DNA of 64,000 nt, from positions 4,174 to 68,173 of the forward strand of contig DIDF01000056.1 in assembly GCA_002418005.1 (NCBI GenBank). The letters are read 5' to 3'. Below, piece after piece: positions 49,398-59,073 of the stretch (the stretch's first letter is position 1; each line of letters opens with the position of its first letter). Source of the stretch: Lactobacillaceae bacterium UBA5807 (lineage in GTDB: Bacteria > Bacillota > Bacilli > Lactobacillales > Lactobacillaceae). A program made the position numbers and the translations under genes. Below the pieces are notes generated by a model. The model had not been told where the DNA came from. It saw only the letters and a list, made by a program, of their open reading frames with translations, and ran no database searches.

Positions 49398-50771
49398 ATG
49401 AAAGTCGTTAAGTTTGGTGGCAGTTCGCTTTCAAATGCGGATCAATTTAAGAAAGTTATTAATATTATTAAGGCCGACGATCAGCGAAAGGTTGTTGTCA
49501 CCTCAGCTCCAGGGAAAAGATTCAAAGGTGACATTAAAGTGACAGATCTTCTTATTTCGTATGCCAATGCGGTAATTTCAAAAAAGTCTTTTGAAAAAGT
49601 TTTGCAAAAGATAATCAACCGTTATGAAAGCACTGCTGATGTTTTTAACCTTAATCCATCTGTAATGGAAGATATCAAAAACAAACTGGTTAATTTACCA
49701 AATCATGATTACCCTAATAACCAGTACTTAATGGCGGCTTTCAAAGCTCATGGTGAAAGATTGAATGCCGAATTATTTGCGGAATGCCTAGAAAAATCTG
49801 GAATTCCCGCTCGATTTGTTGATCCAAGTGAAGCCGGGATCATTTTAACTGATGATCCAAACGGAGCATCAGTTGATGACGAAACTTATGTCAACCTAAG
49901 CAAAATTTCTGTTAGCAATCAACGACTGGTCTTTCCAGGATTCTTTGGCTTTACCAAAAAAGGCAATATCGTGACTTTTGCTCGTGGGGGATCAGATATT
50001 ACCGGCTCAATTTTAGCTCGTGGACTTTCGGCCGACCTGTACGAAAACTTTACCGATGTTAACGCAATTTATGCAGCCAACCCAAATATTGTTGACCACC
50101 CTAAAGCAATCAAGAAAATGACATACAGAGAGATGCGTGAACTTTCTTACGCTGGTTTCTCAGTGTTTAACGATGAAGCAATTATTCCTGCCATCGAAGG
50201 TCAAGTACCAATCAATGTTAAAAATACCAATCAGCCTGAACTTGATGGTACAATGATTGTTCCAGAGGATAGTTTTAAGCCAACTGAACCAGTTACTGGA
50301 ATTGCCGGTTCAAATAGATTTGCTGCGTTATATCTACACCGTTATCTATTAAATAAAGAAGCTGGCTTCACTTTAAAAATTCTCCAGGTTCTTTATAAAT
50401 ACGGGATTTCTTATGAACATATGCCTTCTGGAATTGATGATCTTACCATTATTTTTGATAAGAGTCAGATCCCTGATGCTACCATTCCAAAACTTTGTGC
50501 AGACATAAAAAAAGCCGTCCATCCTGATGAACTTCAATGGATCGATGATTACGCAATCATTATGGTTGTTGGTGAAGGAATGCGTTCAACTATTGGCACA
50601 ATCGAGAATATCATTCGTCCGTTGGCTGAACATAAAATTGGTGTTCATATGATTAACCAAGGTGCTTCGAGAATTTCAATTATGATTGGCACTCGCGAAT
50701 CAGATGCAAATAATGCGGTAAAATATATCTATACTCACTTCTTCAAATCAGCAAAACCTGTCCTATCATAA
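49398..50771 (+). CDS. lysC: aspartokinase (type III / YclM-like)
   Basis: VKFGGSSL, VTSAPGKR, RGGSDITG, ENFTDV and ACT domains. Confidence 0.93.
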   Translation: MKVVKFGGSSLSNADQFKKVINIIKADDQRKVVVTSAPGKRFKGDIKVTDLLISYANAVISKKSFEKVLQKIINRYESTADVFNLNPSVMEDIKNKLVNLPNHDYPNNQYLMAAFKAHGERLNAELFAECLEKSGIPARFVDPSEAGIILTDDPNGASVDDETYVNLSKISVSNQRLVFPGFFGFTKKGNIVTFARGGSDITGSILARGLSADLYENFTDVNAIYAANPNIVDHPKAIKKMTYREMRELSYAGFSVFNDEAIIPAIEGQVPINVKNTNQPELDGTMIVPEDSFKPTEPVTGIAGSNRFAALYLHRYLLNKEAGFTLKILQVLYKYGISYEHMPSGIDDLTIIFDKSQIPDATIPKLCADIKKAVHPDELQWIDDYAIIMVVGEGMRSTIGTIENIIRPLAEHKIGVHMINQGASRISIMIGTRESDANNAVKYIYTHFFKSAKPVLS

Positions 50772-50795
50772 GACAATTTATAGGAGGAACAAATC

Positions 50796-51788
50796 GTGGC
50801 AAATTTATTAAAGGTCCATGGATCTCAAAACAGTTTCTTTATCTTAGATCAGACTGAACTTAGCCAAAAATTGAGTCAACCTGAACTGGTTAACCTTGCA
50901 AAAAATATAACTGATGCCAATGAGGGACTATTAGGTGGTGCGGATGGCTTATTAGTAATCGACAAGTCCAACCATCCAAATGTCTTAGGCAGTATGGAAG
51001 TTATAAATGACGATGGCAGCTTAGCTTCAATGTGTGGGAATGGCTTGAGAACGGTCAGTCGTTATTTATCTGAAAAATTCGGGAAAACTTCCTTCAAAGT
51101 CGAAACGATGAAAGCTGATTTGCAAGTATCTAAAGAAAAAGACCTGGCATCAGGAGTTCCAACTTTTGCTTTAGAAATATCACCTGTTACTTTCAATAAA
51201 GAAAGTCTGCCATTTCAAAACTTAGGTGTAAATAAGCTAATTGATCAAGAAGTTCCAGTCTTCGCAGATGGTTTAAAGTTCACTGCAATCGCTGTTCCTA
51301 ATCCCCATTTAATTAGCTTTGTTGATGATTCAGTTTTGCAGTCTGACACCTTGGGTAGAGTTGGCAAAATGCTTAATCAGCCTAATAAATACTTCCCAGA
51401 TGGAGTAAATGTCAGTTTTGCCAAAATTGAAAGTAAAAATCAACTTTTTGTTCGAACTTATGAACGAGGAGTTGGTTTCACCAATGCTTGCGGAACTGGA
51501 ATGTCAGCAACCAGTCTGGCATTTTGTCTCACTCACCCCAACCAAGGATCATTTGAACAAACTATCAAAGTCTTCAACCCTGGTGGAATGGTTAAAACCA
51601 GAGTTCACGATCATGGCCAAGGTAATTACACTATTGATTTAATTGGCAACGCAACGTTCACCAATAAAATTGCCATCCCTGATAAAGATTTATTAAATGG
51701 TAATTTAGCTGCTGCCCGAATCTCAGAAACTGGGGAACAAAAAGACTACTTAAACTTTGTTAACGGTTTACAGCGACAAACAATATAA
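50796..51788 (+). CDS. dapF: diaminopimelate epimerase
   Basis: HGSQN, NDDGS.ASMCGNG, NPH and ERGVGFTNACGTG. Confidence 0.93.
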   Translation: MANLLKVHGSQNSFFILDQTELSQKLSQPELVNLAKNITDANEGLLGGADGLLVIDKSNHPNVLGSMEVINDDGSLASMCGNGLRTVSRYLSEKFGKTSFKVETMKADLQVSKEKDLASGVPTFALEISPVTFNKESLPFQNLGVNKLIDQEVPVFADGLKFTAIAVPNPHLISFVDDSVLQSDTLGRVGKMLNQPNKYFPDGVNVSFAKIESKNQLFVRTYERGVGFTNACGTGMSATSLAFCLTHPNQGSFEQTIKVFNPGGMVKTRVHDHGQGNYTIDLIGNATFTNKIAIPDKDLLNGNLAAARISETGEQKDYLNFVNGLQRQTI

Positions 51789-51914
51789 CTAGATCTTTTC
51801 ATTTTTCTGAAATAATAAAAGCTCTTTTTAATAACCACAAAAATTACCACCAATTCATTGTCTGGATTGGTGGTTTATTATTCCTTTAGCAAAAAACAGT
51901 CTCTTATTTTTAAA

Positions 51915-51965
51915 TGACGAAAAAGGCAGTCAACCCAATTAGTGGGCTGACTGACTTTTTCGTCA
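51915..51965. terminator. bidirectional terminator-like hairpin
   Basis: TGACGAAAAAG.CAGTCA...TGACTG.CTTTTTCGTCA. Confidence 0.6.
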
Positions 51966-51971
51966 CTTCAA

Positions 51972-52271
51972 CTACTCATCTAGTTCTTTAGCAATTTTTT
52001 GTCTAATCTCTTTAATTGATTGGTATATCAAAAGGTAGGTATAAAAACCACGATAAGACCCTATCCCATTAACCATTATCAAAGCTCCTAAAGCAAACGA
52101 AACCTGGCTGAAGGGTATTGTTAAAGCAAAATACGTAAATAGAGCTAACATTGAAAGTGTAAACACTTCAAAAACTGTCGCTGTTGCAACTGCCCAGTAC
52201 TCATCCATTAACTGACTTTGAAGAACGGCTAACTTTTCGTGCTGATCGTTTTTAAAATTAATCATTTTCAA
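51972..52271 (-). CDS. small hypothetical membrane protein (2 TM)
   Basis: AGGAGGGG RBS before the TTG at 52271. Confidence 0.6.
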   Translation of the reverse strand: MKMINFKNDQHEKLAVLQSQLMDEYWAVATATVFEVFTLSMLALFTYFALTIPFSQVSFALGALIMVNGIGSYRGFYTYLLIYQSIKEIRQKIAKELDE

Positions 52272-52345
52272 TACCCCTCCTTTCTCTTTAAGCAATATAT
52301 TATATTGTAGCACAAAACTCAACGCTAAATCCTTTTAAACATCTT

Positions 52346-52549
52346 TCAAAAGTCCCAACATTGCTTAATTATCTGCTGGGTTACCACATTACTGATTAAT
52401 TTAATCAATTGATCAGGCATATATGCTTTAGAATCTAAATCTACTTTAACTTGATCAATTCCAACAATGGTCATCCCAACGGTTTCAATTCTAATGTTAT
52501 ATTTAGAAAAAATTTTAACAATGCTGTTTAACATCTTTAAATCCATCAC
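52346..52549 (-). CDS. small hypothetical protein
   Basis: GGAGG RBS inside the end of the upstream gene, suggesting translational coupling. Confidence 0.6.
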   Translation of the reverse strand: MMDLKMLNSIVKIFSKYNIRIETVGMTIVGIDQVKVDLDSKAYMPDQLIKLISNVVTQQIIKQCWDF

Positions 52550-52551
52550 AA

Positions 52552-53139
52552 CTACTGTCCTCCAAGTTGGATCTTTAAGCGCCATTCATCCTGGCGAATC
52601 TTTTTTTCACTAATTCTAAGATCAGAATATGGGGCAACAATTAACAAAAAGTCCTTAACATCCTCATAATGTTGTTTACTAGAAAAGTAATGATTCTTTT
52701 TTCTTTGGGAAAGTTTGTTAATCGTTTTTTGAAGATCTAATACATATTTTTTAATTGCCTCGATTGCATTTTCTCTGATACTGGCCAAAAAAGCAATATT
52801 TTCGTCCGAATCAAGTTCTACTTCATCATCTAAACGATATTTACTGAAATTCTCATCTTCCGGATTGATCAGCTTAATTGCTTTATTTTGGATGGCGTTC
52901 ATAAATTCTTTCAACTCGGTTGCAGAAACGAATTTAGGGACCTTTTGAGATTTATTCAACTCCAAAAGCATGAACACTTTTCTAGAAATTCCGCCACTAT
53001 ATTTAATGTGGATAACAAAATTTTTCTTGCCAATATAATTCACGTTGTCTAAAACCAACTGGGGATTATTTTGAACAACTGGACCGATCACAAAATATTT
53101 ATTTTTACCATCCGTTGCTATTTGCCCAAACTTAAGCAC
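52552..53139 (-). CDS. conserved hypothetical protein
   Basis: 195-aa ORF divergent from the helicase. Confidence 0.7.
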   Translation of the reverse strand: MLKFGQIATDGKNKYFVIGPVVQNNPQLVLDNVNYIGKKNFVIHIKYSGGISRKVFMLLELNKSQKVPKFVSATELKEFMNAIQNKAIKLINPEDENFSKYRLDDEVELDSDENIAFLASIRENAIEAIKKYVLDLQKTINKLSQRKKNHYFSSKQHYEDVKDFLLIVAPYSDLRISEKKIRQDEWRLKIQLGGQ

Positions 53140-53241
53140 TTAAAAATCACTTCCAGACCATTTAAAGTTTTTCTCTTTTACAAGTATAATAAGTTTTAAT
53201 CAGAAATAAGTCGAAACCTCAGATTTAAAAAGGACGAATCA

Positions 53242-55620
53242 ATGAACACTCAACAAATTGGCATTCGTGAATTAGTTGAATTTCTTTTAAAAACTGGTGA
53301 TCTTTCCACCGTTTCTGGAAGTGAAAACAACCTTCTCGAAGGGGCCAAAATTCACAGAAAAATTCAGAAAAGTCGGCCCGAGAATTATGACTCAGAAGTT
53401 GGATTATCAACCCTATTTGAATTCTTAAACACTAAATACAAAATCAGTGGCCGAGCTGATGGTATTCTACGCGGCAAAAAAGTCTTAATTGAAGAAATCA
53501 AAACTTCTGATCTTGAATTTAAAGACGTCCCCAAATCAACCTTGACTCTTTATTGGGGTCAAGTAAAAGTCTATGCATACATTTTAATGAATCATGAAAA
53601 TCTTGAAAATGTGAATCTTCGATTAACCTATGTCCAAACGCCGGACGAAAAGATTACCCAAAAGGTTATTTCTTATTCAAAAGACGAAGCCGATAAGTTT
53701 TTTAATGATCTAATCGGGCAATTCAAAGATTGGCTGAAACTGCGCCATGACCTTGATGAAGCCAGGGTGTCCTCAGCCAAAGCATTAAAATTTCCATTTA
53801 AAAAGTACCGGACTGGCCAACATAAGCTTGCTGCCAATGTTTATAAAACAATCTTATTAAAAAAACATCTTTTTGTCGAAGCACCAACCGGAACGGGAAA
53901 AACAATATCTACCATGTTTCCTGCAGTTAAAGCGATGGGAGAAAAACTCATCAAACGAATTTTTTATCTGACAGCTAAGCAAAGTACTCGCCAAGTTGCA
54001 GAAGAAGCTGTTGGCTTAATGAGAAAAAATGGTTTGAATATAAAAAGCATTACCTTAACGGCAAAGGACAAAGTCATCTTTGACGAAGAAAGAGACCTTT
54101 CTCCAGAAGAAAATCCTTACATGCTTGGTTATTATGATCGCATTCGACCAGCAATCAAAGACATAATCGAAAACGAAAACCAAATTACTAAAGAAATAAT
54201 TCAAAAGTACGCTAAGAAACATCAAGTTGATCCATTTGAATTTTCGCTTGATGTCAGCCTTTTCTGTGATGTAATAATTTGTGACTATAATTATTTATTT
54301 GATCCCCAGGTTCACTTACAGAGATTTTTCTCAGTTCAAGATAAATCAAACTGTTTTTTGATTGACGAAGCCCACAACTTAGTTTCAAGGTCTCGCGAAA
54401 TGTACTCAGCAGATCTTAGTTCCGAACCAATCACGCAGTTAGCAAAAGACCTTTCAAAAAACAAAAAGAAAAACACCAAAGTCGTTCACGCACTCCAGGC
54501 ATTGAAACGTTCTTTCCAGCAAGACGGGAAACCGGCCCTTCAAACCAAAGATCTTGAGATTTCCCAGGAATCTCCTTTGGATGATTTTAATGACGCCCTT
54601 GAAAAATTAGTGGAGACAATCCACAAATGGCTAGTCAAAATTAAATCTGGTCCTGATGTTGATGAAATTTTAGACTACTATTTTGATTGCCGCCATTACT
54701 TGCTAATCAGCCAGTTCTTCGATCAAACCTATCGGATGCGGATCCTAAGTGACGGGACTAATTTTATTTTTCGCCAATTTTGTATGGACCCCAGCGCCTA
54801 CCTATGTGACACCTTAAGCTTGGGTAGAGCAGCAATTCTATTTTCTGCCACCCTTAGTCCGATGAATTATTATCAACAAGTTTTAGGAAATGAAGAAGAT
54901 AGTTTAAAGCTCAGTGCCCCATCAACATTTCCATCCCAAAATTGTGAAATCATCATTCAAAGTGACATTGTAACGACTTACACTCATCGAAAGGCAAGTA
55001 TCCAACCAATTATCACAACTATCAAAAATATGATTGATTCAAAGACCGGTCATTATCTAATCTTCTTTCCTTCAAATGAATATCTTAATGAAGTTTGCGA
55101 GGCTTTCAAAACCGAATATCCATCAACTAAGGTGATTGCTCAACAATCTGGAATGGATAGCAACCAACGAAAAAAATTTATTGATGAATTTAGAACTGAC
55201 CTGGATAAACCCAAACTGGGATTTGCTCTATTAGGAGGAATTTTCTCAGAAGGAATCGATTTGAAAGGTAGACAACTAATTGGGATTGGAATTGTGAGTG
55301 TTGGCCTGCAAGCAATTAACCCAGAATCAAATTTGATTCGCAAATACTTTGACCTGCAAAATGGTCATGGGTTTGAATTTGCCTACCAACTTCCTGGGTT
55401 TAATAACGTTACTCAAGCAGCCGGTCGACTAATTAGAACTAGTATGGACAAAGGAATTATCGTTTTGATGGACCAAAGATTTGTTCAAAGACGGTATCGT
55501 GAAATATTCCCTGCTCATTTGAAAAATATTCGCATTTCCAGTAATCAGAGTCATTTAAAGGACTTACTAACAAACTTTTGGACTCAACAAGAAGTTTCTG
55601 AACATATCCCAGAATCATGA
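53242..55620 (+). CDS. DinG/XPD (Rad3)-family ATP-dependent DNA helicase with an N-terminal PD-(D/E)xK (Cas4-like) nuclease domain
   Basis: ISGRADG..IEEIKT; Q motif, EAPTGTGKT, DEAHN, SATL, FFPS, FSEGID and QAAGRLIR. Confidence 0.9.
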   Translation: MNTQQIGIRELVEFLLKTGDLSTVSGSENNLLEGAKIHRKIQKSRPENYDSEVGLSTLFEFLNTKYKISGRADGILRGKKVLIEEIKTSDLEFKDVPKSTLTLYWGQVKVYAYILMNHENLENVNLRLTYVQTPDEKITQKVISYSKDEADKFFNDLIGQFKDWLKLRHDLDEARVSSAKALKFPFKKYRTGQHKLAANVYKTILLKKHLFVEAPTGTGKTISTMFPAVKAMGEKLIKRIFYLTAKQSTRQVAEEAVGLMRKNGLNIKSITLTAKDKVIFDEERDLSPEENPYMLGYYDRIRPAIKDIIENENQITKEIIQKYAKKHQVDPFEFSLDVSLFCDVIICDYNYLFDPQVHLQRFFSVQDKSNCFLIDEAHNLVSRSREMYSADLSSEPITQLAKDLSKNKKKNTKVVHALQALKRSFQQDGKPALQTKDLEISQESPLDDFNDALEKLVETIHKWLVKIKSGPDVDEILDYYFDCRHYLLISQFFDQTYRMRILSDGTNFIFRQFCMDPSAYLCDTLSLGRAAILFSATLSPMNYYQQVLGNEEDSLKLSAPSTFPSQNCEIIIQSDIVTTYTHRKASIQPIITTIKNMIDSKTGHYLIFFPSNEYLNEVCEAFKTEYPSTKVIAQQSGMDSNQRKKFIDEFRTDLDKPKLGFALLGGIFSEGIDLKGRQLIGIGIVSVGLQAINPESNLIRKYFDLQNGHGFEFAYQLPGFNNVTQAAGRLIRTSMDKGIIVLMDQRFVQRRYREIFPAHLKNIRISSNQSHLKDLLTNFWTQQEVSEHIPES

Positions 55621-55674
55621 TTTGGGTGTATAATTTCTGTTTGTAGCAACATTTATGTCCAGGAGGGGTTTTTA

Positions 55675-56526
55675 TTGAGAATAGCAATGTATCAAAACAA
55701 GCCAATATATGTGGCTCCCCAAAATGGTCAGTTATGGGGACTGGCAATTGAGGGATACCAATCCATTGACGAAATCCTAAACGACTGGCAGAATTTCACT
55801 GAAAATCAATTAGTTACCATGAGTGATAAATTAGTGGTTGGAAATGATAATTCAACAATTATTAAAGCTGAAAATTTCCAGCAACCAATCCTTTTGCCTA
55901 AACAAATTCCTGCAATTGGTTTCAATTATCCTAAGCATATGAAGGAAATGGCTGAAGATCTGCCTTCAAAACCAAATGTCTTTAATAAATTTGTCAGTTC
56001 TTTGGCCGGACCAGTAAATTCAATTCATTTAAGTGGCAATACAGATGACTGGGAATCAGAGTTAGTAATTGTTATTGGTAACGGCGGCCGCAATATCAGC
56101 AGAGAAGATGCTGAGGATGCAATCGCAGGATATATGGTTGGCCAAGACCTTTCTGATCGAACAATGCAGTCAATCGATGGACCATCAACCCAATTTGACT
56201 TGGCAAAATCATACCAAGGATATTCACCGATTGGCCCATATTTGACCACAGCAGATACCCTGGAAGATATCATTAATAGCAACGTTACGACTAAAGTTAA
56301 TGGCAAAGTTATGCAGCAAGCCAAGGTTGGTGAGATGGTGTTCGATATTCAAACCTTAATCTCATACATCTCCAGTGTTATCGAACTTTATCCAGGTGAT
56401 CTCTTATTCACTGGCACCCCAAGTGGAACCGGTGTTGGCAGAGATCCTCAGGTATTCTTACAATCGGGTGACGTTGTCACTAGTGAGGTTGATGGTTTGG
56501 GAACCATTTCCACAAAAGTAATTTAG
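55675..56526 (+). CDS. fumarylacetoacetate hydrolase family protein
   Basis: GFNY..H, DWESEL, QDLSDR, AKS and PGDLLFTGTP.G.G. Confidence 0.9.
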   Translation: MRIAMYQNKPIYVAPQNGQLWGLAIEGYQSIDEILNDWQNFTENQLVTMSDKLVVGNDNSTIIKAENFQQPILLPKQIPAIGFNYPKHMKEMAEDLPSKPNVFNKFVSSLAGPVNSIHLSGNTDDWESELVIVIGNGGRNISREDAEDAIAGYMVGQDLSDRTMQSIDGPSTQFDLAKSYQGYSPIGPYLTTADTLEDIINSNVTTKVNGKVMQQAKVGEMVFDIQTLISYISSVIELYPGDLLFTGTPSGTGVGRDPQVFLQSGDVVTSEVDGLGTISTKVI

Positions 56527-56531
56527 TAAAC

Positions 56532-56568
56532 AAAATGGAGTTTCGCCAAAAGGCGGAACTCCATTTTT
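56532..56568. terminator. bidirectional terminator
   Basis: AAAATGGAGTTTCGCC AAAA GGCGGAACTCCATTTT. Confidence 0.8.
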
Positions 56569-56610
56569 AAAACAGATCGAAAAATTTTAATAATTAATGA
56601 AAACAATTTT

Positions 56611-57666
56611 TTACTTCATTCTAGCAACACAAACTGGTTCCGGAACTTTAAAATCACTTGAAATCAGACTCAATTTTCCGGTCTTAGCATCACGATCATA
56701 CAAAACTAAATTATCTGAATTCTGATTTGAAGCAATTAACAATGACTGATCATCACTTAAATTGAAATCACGAGGGAAGTCGCCTTCCGTAGAAATTCTT
56801 TGAATCAATTCGAGCTCATCGTCATCACCAATCTTAAAGACAACAATTGAATTATTTCCTCGATTTGAAACATAAATAAATTTATCATCCTTGGAAATTC
56901 GAATTGCAGCGGCACCATTATGAGCTGTCCAGTCCGAAGGAATCGTCGACACAATCTGTTTAACAGAAAACTTAACGTTCTTTCGATCATAATCCAGCAC
57001 TGCAACATGACTGCTTAATTCACCGACAAGATAAGCGACATCTTTTGTGTGAGAAAAGACAATGTGCCGTGGCCCATAGCCATTATCCATCTGGAGTTCG
57101 GAAACTACGTCAAATTTGCCATCCTTGTCCACGTTGTACAAGTAAACCTTATCCACTCCTAAATCAACTGAAACAATATGATTATCAGGGGTAAGATCAA
57201 CGTAATGAGGATGTGGCCCATCTTGCTGTTCAGGACGATGGCCTAATGTTCCCTTATGCATGTCTTGATCTGCAATTTCAACTGAACCATTTTTTTGAAT
57301 TCGATAACTGCTTATATAACCGGCATGATAATTAGCGGTGTATACTAAATGCCGACCTTCATCAACAGAAATATAAGCGGGTGAAGGATGTTCGTCAATT
57401 GCTCGGCCAACTTCTTTGTAAGGAAGTTCTCCAGCGTTGGGATCCAAAGCCAAAACACCGCCAGAAACATCACCGGTTTTTTTATCGGTAATTTTATCGA
57501 CGGCATAAACAATTTTATTGTTTGATTCGGTAACATAGGTTGGATTTCCAGCCTTGCCAACTAAATGCAAATTCTGTAAAACTTTTTTATCAGTATCCAA
57601 ATCAACTGAGTAAACTCCTTGACTGGTCTTCTTGGTATACGTTCCAATTAAATAATGCTCAATCAT
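56611..57666 (-). CDS. pgl: 6-phosphogluconolactonase (lactonase beta-propeller)
   Basis: IGTYT, ANYH.G, PHPH, DLG.D, GPRH, SNRG and GDFPRDF. Confidence 0.88.
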   Translation of the reverse strand: MIEHYLIGTYTKKTSQGVYSVDLDTDKKVLQNLHLVGKAGNPTYVTESNNKIVYAVDKITDKKTGDVSGGVLALDPNAGELPYKEVGRAIDEHPSPAYISVDEGRHLVYTANYHAGYISSYRIQKNGSVEIADQDMHKGTLGHRPEQQDGPHPHYVDLTPDNHIVSVDLGVDKVYLYNVDKDGKFDVVSELQMDNGYGPRHIVFSHTKDVAYLVGELSSHVAVLDYDRKNVKFSVKQIVSTIPSDWTAHNGAAAIRISKDDKFIYVSNRGNNSIVVFKIGDDDELELIQRISTEGDFPRDFNLSDDQSLLIASNQNSDNLVLYDRDAKTGKLSLISSDFKVPEPVCVARMK

Positions 57667-57759
57667 TTTGCTACCTCCTATTTTGACATCTTTATTATGC
57701 CACATTAACCGTTTACAAACACAAAAAATGAAAATATTTTTCAAGAAAGGAACTTAATT

Positions 57760-58251
57760 TTGCCTTCTTTTGATCAATTTCACCCAATTTTAACCCCAAA
57801 TTTTACTTTAGATTGGCTAACTCAAAGCCCAATAAAAGACGTCGATAAATTGTTCGAATCACCAAAATCGATAAAATCGGCAGGATTTGGAACAAATCCC
57901 AGCACCATTTTACAAACAGTAAAAATCGTGAGTACAACAATGCAAAAAATAATGAACCAACAAGAACTATCCTGGGGAATTACCGCCACAAAGAGTGAGA
58001 AATTCATCGGTCAAATTTCAATTATTAATCCAAAAAATCCTCTGAAGGAATCAACAATCGAATTTATTTTGGACAAGCCGTCATCTTTAAATGAGCCACT
58101 TTCAAGAACCGTTTCTTTTATCAAAGATCATTTTGAAACTAAGAAGATTATCATCAATTTGATTTCTGAGAATGATCAGCTAACAGCAGCACTTTTAGAA
58201 AATAATTTCCAAAGTAGAAATAACTTAAGCTGGTTAAAGTATCTTGAATGA
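57760..58251 (+). CDS. degenerate RimJ/RimL-type GNAT-fold protein
   Basis: HPILTP.FTLDWL, WGI...FIGQI; TTG start after AAGGA. Confidence 0.55.
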   Translation: MPSFDQFHPILTPNFTLDWLTQSPIKDVDKLFESPKSIKSAGFGTNPSTILQTVKIVSTTMQKIMNQQELSWGITATKSEKFIGQISIINPKNPLKESTIEFILDKPSSLNEPLSRTVSFIKDHFETKKIIINLISENDQLTAALLENNFQSRNNLSWLKYLE

Positions 58252-58290
58252 TATTTCACTTCAATAATTTGAATTATTCTTCAAAACATA

Positions 58291-58305
58291 TTAGAATGGT
58301 TCTAA
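58291..58305. promoter_or_regulatory. Per box (7-1-7 inverted repeat), probable perR autoregulation
   Basis: TTAGAATGGTTCTAA, 33 nt upstream of the perR ATG. Confidence 0.65.
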
Positions 58306-58338
58306 ATTAGAACGTAAAAAGTATGGAGGCAACGCTTA

Positions 58339-58809
58339 ATGGATAATTTGAAGACCGAAAACACCCAACTAACTCATTCAATTAAAAAGATCAAAGCCAA
58401 TGGCGTGCGAATCACTCCTCAAAGAGAGATCATTTTGGAATACTTGATCACTCATCATATTCATCCGTCTGTGAAAACCATTCAAGCTGGTATTAGCTCT
58501 AAATTACCCAATTTAAGCACGGCGACAATCTACAATACTATTAAAATGCTTGTTGATAATGAACTTGTAATTGAACTTCCCAACAAAGATGGCGGCATTC
58601 GGTATGATTATTTTGGCGTTCCCCATTTTCACGCAATTTGTGAAAACTGCGGCAAAATAACTGACGTCTTTTTAGATGAATACCCTCAAATTGCAGAAGA
58701 GCTTGAAAAAGCCACCCGTGATAAATCGGGTTATTTAATCACAGGCACAAAAGTTGAAATTTCTGGTATTTGTCCTGAGTGTCAAAAAAAGTTGCACCTT
58801 GATAAATAG
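58339..58809 (+). CDS. perR: Fur-family peroxide regulator PerR
   Basis: RITPQR, HP, STATIYN, RYD, HFHAICENCG, ITD (Asp rather than the Glu of Fur) and CPEC. Confidence 0.8.
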   Translation: MDNLKTENTQLTHSIKKIKANGVRITPQREIILEYLITHHIHPSVKTIQAGISSKLPNLSTATIYNTIKMLVDNELVIELPNKDGGIRYDYFGVPHFHAICENCGKITDVFLDEYPQIAEELEKATRDKSGYLITGTKVEISGICPECQKKLHLDK

Positions 58810-58835
58810 TTTATTTTTAGATAATGGATTATTAC

Positions 58836-58877
58836 AGTCGGCAAAGCTTTATATAAAAGGCTTTGTCGGCTTTTTTT
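58836..58877 (+). terminator. intrinsic terminator
   Basis: AGTCGGCAAAGC...GCTTTGTCGGCT + T tract. Confidence 0.75.
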
Positions 58878-59073
58878 GTTGAATTGTCAAGAACTTTTAA
58901 TATTAATGATAATAAGCTTTCGAAAGCCGTTAAACCCACCTAGTTTGGCGATTTCAGAAGATTCGTGTAGGTTGAATCTAACTATTGCGCCCTATATATT
59001 AATTGGGTAAACAAAAATTAATTTATCCACTAAAAATCGTCTTAAATATTCTAAATACAAGGGGAAGTTTGCT

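Noticed and set aside
53242-53750. Cas4-like domain as a sign of CRISPR or defence
   Set aside because: It is the fused N-terminal nuclease of a widespread helicase family. No repeat-spacer array or cas genes were seen.
58880-59073. c-di-AMP (ydaO) riboswitch ahead of the amidase
   Set aside because: Only a GTTGAATC-like word is present. The other conserved elements and a terminator are absent.
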